Below, in pieces: positions 47,399 to 55,472 of a DNA stretch of 64,000 bases. The stretch covers positions 1,024,001-1,088,000 of the forward strand of contig CAVYGN010000001.1 of NCBI GenBank assembly GCA_963768055.1, given 5' to 3'. The notes beneath the pieces are model-generated. The model ran no database searches. It had not been told where the DNA came from and was given only the letters and a program-made list of their open reading frames with translations. The position numbers and the translations under genes were made by a program. Position 1 is the stretch's first letter, and each line of letters starts with the position of its first letter. Source of the DNA: an uncultured Spirochaetota bacterium (lineage in GTDB: Bacteria; Spirochaetota; Brevinematia; Brevinematales; JAOACQ01).

Positions 47399-47547
47399 GG
47401 GCGGTTCCAAAAACTAGTTTTTGGAAAACTATTGCAATAATGAATCTAATAATTCCGCCCAATGGGCCCTGGTGCCTGGACTGGTGCCAGTCCCCAGGAC
47501 AGGTGCACGACCTTGCTGCCCCAAAGGGGCAGTTATTAGAAGTGCCC
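47399..47547 (+). mobile_element. 149-bp MITE with imperfect 17-bp TIRs and a TTGA target duplication
   Basis: TTGA|GGGCGGTTCCAAAAACT ... AGTTATTAGAAGTGCCC|TTGA; internal blocks are shared with 51397-51506. Confidence 0.85.
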
Positions 47548-47576
47548 TTGATATAATATTTTTAAAATAGTATAAT
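47548..47576 (+). promoter_or_regulatory. Sigma70 promoter of the galE-aroB-glycosyltransferase operon
   Basis: TTGATA-17 bp-TATAAT, then a GAGGAGG RBS before the ATG at 47604. Confidence 0.7.
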
Positions 47577-47603
47577 GGATGCTGCGGTATTTGAGGAGGA
47601 ATT

Positions 47604-48587
47604 ATGTCGATTCTCGTAGCGGGCGGAGCCGGTTACATAGGCAGTCATGTTTGCAAGATGCTGGCTAAAAGAGGCTACGATGTTATTGTATATGATAGCC
47701 TTGTTCATGGCTACAGACAATTCGCCAAATGGGGAGAATTCATACTGGGAAGCACCGGCGACCAGGGCCAGTTAGACCTTGTATTTTCTCATTATAAGAT
47801 AGATGCGGTTATGCACTTTTGCGCATTTATTGAAGTCGGCGAATCCGTTATCGACCCTGAAAAATATTACGTCAACAACCTTAAAAATACGATAAACCTG
47901 CTCGAAGCCATGAACAGGCATAAAGTCGGCAAGATAATATTTTCATCGACCGCTGCGGTTTACGGAATGCCGGAGAGGATTCCTATCGAGGAAGACGACA
48001 AAAAAATACCTATAAATCCTTACGGCAGGACAAAATGGATGATCGAACATATCCTTGAAGATTATGACTCGGCTTATGGGGTCCGAAGTATAAGGTTCAG
48101 GTATTTTAACGCAGCGGGGGCGGACCCTGATAAGGAAATCGGCGAGGCGCATATCCCCGAATCACATCTTATCCCCCTCGTTCTCGACGCGGCGGCCGGT
48201 AAAAGGGATGACATTAAAATTTTCGGGACCGATTATGAAACTAAGGATGGAACATGCATCCGGGATTACATTCATGTAAACGATCTGGCCGATGCGCATA
48301 TCAAAGGAGTGCAATACCTGCTTGACGGAGGTAAGACGGATTATTTCAACCTCGGGGCAGGCGACGGATTTTCAGTTAGAGAAGTCATAGAAACCGTTAA
48401 AAGAATAACAAAAAAGGATTTTAAGATAATGGAAATGGAAAGACGTCCGGGCGACCCGGCTTATCTTATAGCTAAAAGCGATAAGGCAAAGAGCCGCCTC
48501 GGCTGGAAAATTGAATTCGGTCTCGATGAAATTATCAGGACAGCCTGGAATTGGCACCAGATCAGGATCGCCTCCGCATTCAAATAA
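47604..48587 (+). CDS. galE: UDP-glucose 4-epimerase
   Basis: GGAGYIGSH, VGESV, FSSTAAVYG, YGRTK, RYFNAAGA and DGTCIRDYIHV motifs. Confidence 0.96.
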   Translation: MSILVAGGAGYIGSHVCKMLAKRGYDVIVYDSLVHGYRQFAKWGEFILGSTGDQGQLDLVFSHYKIDAVMHFCAFIEVGESVIDPEKYYVNNLKNTINLLEAMNRHKVGKIIFSSTAAVYGMPERIPIEEDDKKIPINPYGRTKWMIEHILEDYDSAYGVRSIRFRYFNAAGADPDKEIGEAHIPESHLIPLVLDAAAGKRDDIKIFGTDYETKDGTCIRDYIHVNDLADAHIKGVQYLLDGGKTDYFNLGAGDGFSVREVIETVKRITKKDFKIMEMERRPGDPAYLIAKSDKAKSRLGWKIEFGLDEIIRTAWNWHQIRIASAFK

Positions 48588-48591
48588 AAAA

Positions 48592-49704
48592 ATGAAAACA
48601 TTAAATTTAAAACTCCTTAAAACTATTGACGATTCATATCCCATATATGTGGGAAAAGGCATTTTAGTTGATTCGCTGAAAGATATAATAAAAAAAGTAT
48701 CGCCTACCGGGATCGCATTCATTACTGATTCCAGGGTAGGTTCTATCTATTTTGATTATATGAAATCCATTCCCTTGAATTGTCCCGCCTGTTTTTTATC
48801 TTTCAAATCAGGAGAAAGGCAAAAAAATATAGATACCGTCATGGGCCTGTTTAAAAAAATTGTCAGGAATAAGTTAGACAGGAAATCGCTTATCATAGCT
48901 GTCGGAGGCGGTGTAACAGGCGATATTTCGGGGTTCCTTTCATCTATATACCTGCGCGGTATTCCATTCGTACAGGTGCCTACCAGCCTTCTTTCCATGG
49001 TTGACAGTTCAATCGGCGGGAAGACCGGGGTAGATTCTGAGGAGGGAAAAAACCTGATCGGAAGTTTTTACCAGCCGAAGGCCGTGATCAGCGATATTGA
49101 ATTCATATCCACACTTCCAGGGGCTGAATTGCTGAACGGGATGGCCGAAGTCATTAAACATGCTTTGATAAGAGACAGGTCTTATTTCGAACTTATAAGG
49201 GACAAACGGGATAAGATACTTTCCCTTGATCCTGAATTACTCATTAAAGTAGTGGAAATGAGCTGCCTGATAAAAGCCTCCGTTGTTGAAAAAGATGAGA
49301 AGGAAAAATCTCTGCGCCAGATCCTGAATTTCGGACATACCCTTGGCCATGCAATTGAAAAATCCAGTCGTTTTTCTATACCTCATGGCTATTCGGTAGC
49401 TATGGGAATGATAATCGAATCCCATATATCATTTATGAGAAACCTTTTAAGCGCAGCCGAGCTTGAAGCGATTGTAAATCTTATTAAATCCTACGGTTTG
49501 GACAGGTATATATCCATGATTAAAGGAATTTCACCCGGGAGGATCTGCGAATCGTCCCTTACTGATAAAAAGAACATCAAAATGGAAATAAAAGCTGTAA
49601 TGCTCAAAAAAATCGGTGAAGTTTACGAAGAGGAAGGGGCATTCTCTTTTTCTATCGGGCGGGAAGAAATAGGATCGGGTTTGAATTATCTTTTCAAACT
49701 TTAG
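48592..49704 (+). CDS. aroB: 3-dehydroquinate synthase
   Basis: GGGVTGD, RGIPFVQVPT, VDSSIGGKTG, KNLIGSF, LNFGHTLGHAIE and HG.SV motifs; start moved to 48592. Confidence 0.95.
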   Translation: MKTLNLKLLKTIDDSYPIYVGKGILVDSLKDIIKKVSPTGIAFITDSRVGSIYFDYMKSIPLNCPACFLSFKSGERQKNIDTVMGLFKKIVRNKLDRKSLIIAVGGGVTGDISGFLSSIYLRGIPFVQVPTSLLSMVDSSIGGKTGVDSEEGKNLIGSFYQPKAVISDIEFISTLPGAELLNGMAEVIKHALIRDRSYFELIRDKRDKILSLDPELLIKVVEMSCLIKASVVEKDEKEKSLRQILNFGHTLGHAIEKSSRFSIPHGYSVAMGMIIESHISFMRNLLSAAELEAIVNLIKSYGLDRYISMIKGISPGRICESSLTDKKNIKMEIKAVMLKKIGEVYEEEGAFSFSIGREEIGSGLNYLFKL

Positions 49705-49726
49705 TTCGGAAAGGAGTAAAATTGAA

Positions 49727-51847
49727 ATGAAAATCCGGAAGTTTTCCCTTCCTGCGGCCTTAACGGTTTTTATTTTAATATTATTATATTCCCTTGACCA
49801 GGTCCTGCCGTTTTTTGAGATTAAAACATACAATACTATGCTAAATTATATAATTATGCAAAAAAATGGTAAAAATACTGTCATAATTACTAATTCTATG
49901 GCAGTAACCTTACCCTATAGTCACGAATCCATACCTACGGATCAATTCACATTCACAACTCATGTTAAAATTATGCCTTTCAGTTCCAAAAACATCCGAA
50001 TTAAAGCGGACGATTATCTTTATAGCTTGACTGTGGATGATATGCCTGTTCCATTGAATCAAATTTCCGAATCACAAAGATGGGATTATAATAACGGCTT
50101 TACCGTCAATCTCGGGCATTATTTGACAAACGGTGAAAATAAAATGGAATTTATTATATCGGATAAAAATAAAGGCAGATATGGATTAACTGTTGAAAGC
50201 AAGCCATGTATTCAAAATCCTTACTCTTTAATTTTTATTACTATTATATTGATATTGCTTGGATTTTCCGGGTATTTTATTCTTTCAAGTTTTATAAAAG
50301 ATAAGGTCCTCATCTGGATTGTCTTTGCCGGTATCGCTCTTCATTTTCATTATTTCGGTTATACGGATTATAACGTCAGGACCTACGATATTCTGGAAGG
50401 CCAGACGGGGCATATAAATTATATCGAATATGTTGTTGATAACCTGTCCATTCCAAAACCGGATAAAGGATGGGAATATCATCAGCCTCCGCTATATTAT
50501 GTGACATCGGCGGTATTTTATAAAATCGGTCAATTAATAAAAGTTAATAACATTTATAGGCTGCTCCAGGCCCTGTCCCTTTTTTATTTTATCGGATTTC
50601 TATTATTCGGGACGCTTATAGTTCTAAGATTGTATGGAAATACTATATTATTTTATCTTGGAGTTTTACTCCTTTTTTTCTGGCCGTCGGGTTTTATTCA
50701 CGCGGTCCGTATAGGTAATGATGTTCTGATTTATTTCCTGTCCGCCGGAGGGATCTATTTCCTGCAAAAATACTACCTGGATAATGATTGCAAGGCTTTT
50801 TATTTCTTTTTGGTATTTGCGTTTCTGGCTATTTTGACCAAGTCAAACGCAGTCATTCTTTATGGAATAATGTTTTTATTCTTACTGGCTGAAGCATTCA
50901 AGGCGGGATTCGATCTAAAAAAATTTTGGCTTAAAAAGGCCGGTATTTTATTCACTGTATTTTTTATCGGGTTTATGATCCATGCATCCGGTAATTATTA
51001 TTATGCGATTAAAGAGGGTCGTCATGACTGGTATATGGCCGCATTTTTAAATAATCCTCAGCAGGTCAACAGCGGTTTGCTGGTCGGGAACAGTTTCGGG
51101 AATTATCTATATTTCGATATGAAGAATTATCTGACGGAACCTTTTACATCTACATGGCAGGACCAGTATGGAAGGCAGTATTTCTGGAATTTTTTCCTGA
51201 AATCCTCTTTATTCGGTGAATTCAGCTTCGAAGGAAAATATATTAGAACCCTCGCTATGATAATGTCCCTCCTATTGCTATCCATGGTAATTACAGTGAT
51301 TTTCGGGCTGATAGTTTATATCAGGAGGTGGTTCCTGTCCGGCAATATCATTTCAAATTGGCTCATGATGCCTGTTGAAAATAAAAATTTTATTAAGGGC
51401 GGTTCCAAAAACTCAACTCTTCAAAAATTCAAAAAAATTGAAGCTAATAATTCCGCCCTATGGGCCCTACCTTGCTGCCCCAAATGGGCGGTTTTTAGAA
51501 GGGCCCTTAATAAAGAATGGGGAAAAATCAATAGAAATGTTAATAATTTTAAGCATGGGTATCTTGAAATTCCGAAGAAAAGATTAAAAAATCTATCGGT
51601 CATGTTCATTACATTGCTCATATCGGTTTTATTGATGGTTATATTCAGGATGCAGATATCTTTTTCCCCGCTGGCGGATTTCAGGTATATCTATCCTGCC
51701 ATACTGCCTTTTATATCTTTTTACCTGTTTACAATACGGCAGATGAGGGAAAGCGGCCATCAGTTCCTGGTGATGATTTTATTTTATCAGGGAATTATTT
51801 TCGCTCTTTCAAGCGGTTTATTCTTTCTAGGCATGTTGAGGATATAA
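49727..51847 (+). CDS. GT-C fold (ArnT/PMT-like) polytopic glycosyltransferase with an N-terminal external beta-domain and an in-frame MITE insertion
   Basis: TYD...HINYI, EYHQPPLYY, IGND, LTK and DFRYIYP motifs; many TM helices. Confidence 0.75.
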   Translation: MKIRKFSLPAALTVFILILLYSLDQVLPFFEIKTYNTMLNYIIMQKNGKNTVIITNSMAVTLPYSHESIPTDQFTFTTHVKIMPFSSKNIRIKADDYLYSLTVDDMPVPLNQISESQRWDYNNGFTVNLGHYLTNGENKMEFIISDKNKGRYGLTVESKPCIQNPYSLIFITIILILLGFSGYFILSSFIKDKVLIWIVFAGIALHFHYFGYTDYNVRTYDILEGQTGHINYIEYVVDNLSIPKPDKGWEYHQPPLYYVTSAVFYKIGQLIKVNNIYRLLQALSLFYFIGFLLFGTLIVLRLYGNTILFYLGVLLLFFWPSGFIHAVRIGNDVLIYFLSAGGIYFLQKYYLDNDCKAFYFFLVFAFLAILTKSNAVILYGIMFLFLLAEAFKAGFDLKKFWLKKAGILFTVFFIGFMIHASGNYYYAIKEGRHDWYMAAFLNNPQQVNSGLLVGNSFGNYLYFDMKNYLTEPFTSTWQDQYGRQYFWNFFLKSSLFGEFSFEGKYIRTLAMIMSLLLLSMVITVIFGLIVYIRRWFLSGNIISNWLMMPVENKNFIKGGSKNSTLQKFKKIEANNSALWALPCCPKWAVFRRALNKEWGKINRNVNNFKHGYLEIPKKRLKNLSVMFITLLISVLLMVIFRMQISFSPLADFRYIYPAILPFISFYLFTIRQMRESGHQFLVMILFYQGIIFALSSGLFFLGMLRI
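51397..51506 (+). mobile_element. 110-bp MITE inserted in-frame in the glycosyltransferase, with a TTAA target duplication
   Basis: TTAA|GGGCGGTTCCAAAAACT ... GGTTTTTAGAAGGGCCC|TTAA; 110+4 = 114 bp = 38 codons. Confidence 0.85.
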
Positions 51848-51959
51848 AAGATTGCAGCCGAAATCGTTACAAGCTACTTGCAACTGATTTTGAAATTTTG
51901 GCCGGATTATCTTATAATGTGTTTTCAATTAATATATATACTGGAAAAATGGAGGAATT

Positions 51960-52589
51960 ATGGGTTATAATTTCTACAGGAGCGTTTTTTGGGGTATTGT
52001 ACTGATATTGATAGGTGTATCCGTAGTAGTTAATCAATATTTTAACCTCAGCATTCCAATTATTACTGTTATAATCGCAATTATTTTGATTGCGGCGGGT
52101 ATACGGATCATTTTAGGCGGTTCGTTCGGAGGCTGGCATGGCAGCCATGACTGGGATGGATTCGGTTATCAGGTCTTCAAATATGAACCCGGCAGCGGGG
52201 ACAAGGAGTACGATCTGAAATTCAAGGGAGCCACGATCGATCTTAGCGAAGCTTCTCTTGACAAAGGTAACGTTAAAATAGATATCAAAGGTTCTTTCGG
52301 GGGCGGGGTAGTGATTTTAAACCCTGATATTCCTACCCGAATAGAAGCCGAGATATCTTTCGGCGGAGTGACATTCCCGGATGGTGCAGCCGTAGGATTC
52401 GGAAGGGGAAGCTATGAAAGTCCGGGGTTTAAGGCCGATTCCCCGCATCTTTTTATTAAAGTCGATGCGTCGTTCGGAGGCCTTCGTTTTACCACTCATA
52501 AGGAAGGCTATTATGACTGGCATTCAATGAAAAGAGAATGGAAGGACGAACGCAGAAGATGGAGACATCACGGGCATTACCATCATTAA
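51960..52589 (+). CDS. LiaF-like membrane protein with a His-rich tail
   Basis: FWGIVLILIG N-terminal TM pair, repeated SFGG beta motifs, C-terminus RHHGHYHH. Confidence 0.7.
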   Translation: MGYNFYRSVFWGIVLILIGVSVVVNQYFNLSIPIITVIIAIILIAAGIRIILGGSFGGWHGSHDWDGFGYQVFKYEPGSGDKEYDLKFKGATIDLSEASLDKGNVKIDIKGSFGGGVVILNPDIPTRIEAEISFGGVTFPDGAAVGFGRGSYESPGFKADSPHLFIKVDASFGGLRFTTHKEGYYDWHSMKREWKDERRRWRHHGHYHH

Positions 52590-52595
52590 GCTATT

Positions 52596-53000
52596 TTATC
52601 CGAATATTAAGGCTATCTCTTTAATAGCGTTTTCAGGGGAGTCTGAACCATGGATAGTGTTCTGCGGCAGGCCGCTTCCATATTTTGCCCGTATTGTTCC
52701 GGGAACCGCTTTTTTCGGGTCGGTCGAGCCGATTAATATCCTGAACGATTCTACGGCGTTTTCTTTTTCAAGTTCCATTGCAAAAACATTATCTGAAATA
52801 GTGAATTTTATCAATTTGTCATAGTATTCTGTGCCTTTATGGATTGAATAAAATTCCCCCGCGCTTTGCTCGTTAAAACGCATGAGCCGCGCTCGCACTA
52901 TTTTAAACCCGGCCGACTCTATCATGGAAATTATATTACCCATATTGCCCGAACTGTAGCCGTCCGGTTTTATCATCGCGAAAGTCCTGCCGGTGTCCAT
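52596..53000 (-). CDS. ndk: Nucleoside diphosphate kinase
   Basis: TFAMIKPD, GSTDP, PGTIRA and NTIHGSDS motifs; start moved to 53000 (AAGGAG RBS). Confidence 0.95.
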   Translation of the reverse strand: MDTGRTFAMIKPDGYSSGNMGNIISMIESAGFKIVRARLMRFNEQSAGEFYSIHKGTEYYDKLIKFTISDNVFAMELEKENAVESFRILIGSTDPKKAVPGTIRAKYGSGLPQNTIHGSDSPENAIKEIALIFG

Positions 53001-53113
53001 TTGTAAGCTCCTTTTAATAATTATAGTCATTATTTTCGAATAATTGGAGATATTAAGCAAATTTTGTATGGCATCACTGCCAAACATTCGAGATTCTCCG
53101 TTTTATACCTGAT

Positions 53114-54195
53114 CTAATATCCCGCCAGACTTCTGATCTGCCGGTTTACATCATTCCTGCAAATGCCGCCATAATAGCAGACAATGGTTTGGATTTCGAA
53201 ACCTGCCAGGATCTTTAATAAATCAGGCGCTGTCCTGCTATTCCTGCAAAGAATCTTCCCGTCGGTCGAAAGAGAGTCACCGGCAATAAGAGTTTTATAG
53301 CGTTTCAGGTAAAGGCAATAACGGCCTTCCGGACCCCGTATAATAATAATACCGCCGAATAACGGAAGTTCATCGCCGTCTTTCTGTGAACCTGTGCCGT
53401 ACAATTTCATGCAAGACCTGCCGGGCAGCAGTCCGATACTGCTCAGAGCTTCCCCGAACCGTTCAATTCTGCCGGGAAACCCCGAGTCGGCAAAGATTAC
53501 CTCTTCGTTGTCGATTAAAAATACCGGATGTACTGTTTTCTTTTTACCGTCCGGAAATAATGCTGGAACATTAAGAACGATGAACCTTTTTTCTTTTATC
53601 ATATCATCGATTTTTATTTCGGGGTGGTGGTATCTGTATCCCTCTATATTCGATTCCGTTCCGCCGTGGATTGCCTGCTGCGGGCACCAATGGAGGCATG
53701 CCAGGCAGCTTTCACAATGGTGCCGCCAGGCAGGCTTGTCCTGTTTTATTTCAATATTTTTAACCGGGCACACTTTTGCGCATATCCCGCATCCATTGCA
53801 GTTTTCATCGATATGAGTTCGCGGATTGCCAGGCCGGTTGTGCCGATGAATCTATTCAAACTTTCCAGGACCTTTTTCCTCAGACCGTTAAGTAGGGGTG
53901 AAAACAGGAACCGGCCGGCCGACATGGCCATAAGGCCGTAAGTACAAACTACGAAAAGATAAGAACCGGTAAATTCCAGCTTCCTGATGAAATTTTCCAC
54001 GATAAGCGGCACTCCGCCCAGGTTTACCGAATAATATACAGGGAAAACCAACCCTATAACATCGGCATTTGTTTGAACTGTTTTTCGGTCATTTAATGAG
54101 GCTATGGAAATAACTTTCCCTTTTAATTTTCCCGCGATTTTCCTTGCGGTGAAAAGGGAATTCCCGGTGCCGGAAAAATAATAAATTTCGGTCAT
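53114..54195 (-). pseudogene. Decayed EFR1-family flavodoxin-ferredoxin fused to a degenerate MBL-fold fragment
   Basis: YYFSGTGNS and FPVY lie in one frame; CNGCGICAKVCP...CESCLACLHWCP lie in another (junction about 53810). The second frame continues into an MBL-like sequence (DSGFPG, LIAGD) that lacks HxHxDH. Confidence 0.75.
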
Positions 54196-54212
54196 AAGAT
54201 GTTTTATATAGG

Positions 54213-54815
54213 TCAATCTATGTAATTTATTATATTGCCGTTCCTTACAGGGGCCTGAGGCTGATAATCGGGATTTTTATACCCCAGGGCGATCCCGTAA
54301 AGAGGTTCGTAACCTTCGGGTATCTTTAGCAGGGCGGTCTCTCCCTCCTTCCTGAAACAGCGGTTGGTCGACTCAAGCCATATGGAACCGATGCTCAGGC
54401 TCTCGGCGGCGATAAGCATATTCTGCATTGCGGCGCTGCATGAGGACAATACATGTTTCGAAAAACCGGGGTCTTTCCAGCCCGATACGATTATTAGGGT
54501 AGGCGCGCCGTATGTAATGTCGAATTTGCCCGATCCGCCGGCCGCTTTCCGCCTTTCTATAAATGCCTGGATCATCTGCCATCCTTCTTCTTTTGCTTCA
54601 AGCATTTTTAAGGCTATTTCATTAGAAACGCTGCTTATATGCTCGATAACGCTCCGGTTGCGGATCACAGTAAAATACCATGGCTGAGTGTTGTTGCCGC
54701 TGGGGGCGTATATGCCCGCTTCCAATATCAGGTCAAGTTCTTCCCGGCCGATCTGTTCGGGCTTGAAAGATCTTACACTTCTTCTTCTTTTAATGGCATT
54801 TAAAACCTCGTTCAT
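54213..54815 (-). CDS. Nitroreductase-family protein
   Basis: RRSVRSF, APSGNNTQPW, AMQNMLIAAESLSIGS and IALGY motifs. Confidence 0.93.
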   Translation of the reverse strand: MNEVLNAIKRRRSVRSFKPEQIGREELDLILEAGIYAPSGNNTQPWYFTVIRNRSVIEHISSVSNEIALKMLEAKEEGWQMIQAFIERRKAAGGSGKFDITYGAPTLIIVSGWKDPGFSKHVLSSCSAAMQNMLIAAESLSIGSIWLESTNRCFRKEGETALLKIPEGYEPLYGIALGYKNPDYQPQAPVRNGNIINYID

Positions 54816-55276
54816 AAATCCTCCTCTTTATCAGTTTTGTTAAAATAATCGAGGGCAAGCGACATCAACCTGACAAATTCAACCGTATCCTTTTCCCCGA
54901 GAAAATTCATCAAACCCTCGCATTTTTTCGTAAATTCATTTCTAAGCGTTATGACCGCATCCACCCCCTTTTCAGTCGGCTTTAAAAGGACTATCCGCCG
55001 GTCTTTCGGGTCGTCTAATCTTTCAACAAAGCCCTTTTTTACAAGGGGATCGACCGCATGGGTCATATTGGCCGGGGTAACCCCAAGCTTTGAACTGAGA
55101 TCTGAGATTTTTATGCCCCTGGTTTCAGCCGCCATGCATTGCGCAAGGGTGAATAAAACGATCATATCGGCCTGGCTGATCTCCTGCCCCGGAGTTTTGT
55201 TCACGCCTACTTTTTTAAACCGGTAAATATTTGATGTTAATTCCTGTAATAAGGAACCTTTTCCCAGACATTTCAT
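54812..55276 (-). CDS. MarR-family regulator
   Basis: ISDLSSKLGVTPANMT...LVKKGFVER..DPKDRR...TEKG. Confidence 0.93.
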   Translation of the reverse strand: MKCLGKGSLLQELTSNIYRFKKVGVNKTPGQEISQADMIVLFTLAQCMAAETRGIKISDLSSKLGVTPANMTHAVDPLVKKGFVERLDDPKDRRIVLLKPTEKGVDAVITLRNEFTKKCEGLMNFLGEKDTVEFVRLMSLALDYFNKTDKEEDL

Positions 55277-55294
55277 TATAAACCTCTTTTTTAA

Positions 55295-55367
55295 TTTATT
55301 ATATAAATAATTTATTAAATATAATATTAAATATATAAAGTATATACTAAATAAATTATTGTGTAAA
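55295..55367 (-). promoter_or_regulatory. Promoter and probable AT-rich MarR operator
   Basis: TTTACA-17 bp-TATACT (55367-55339), followed by repeated TATTAAATATA-like units. Confidence 0.5.
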
Positions 55368-55472
55368 GTATTATTTTAAAATAAAAGATTGGGTGCAATA
55401 GGGTCATCGAAGAATTGCATGTAGAGCTTGAGTTCAGCCCCCATAGGAGGTGAGTCTCAATCCGAAGGGTAA

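Noticed and set aside
48511..48591. aroB N-terminal extension overlapping galE
   Set aside because: The ATG at 48592, just after the galE stop, gives a normal-length AroB.
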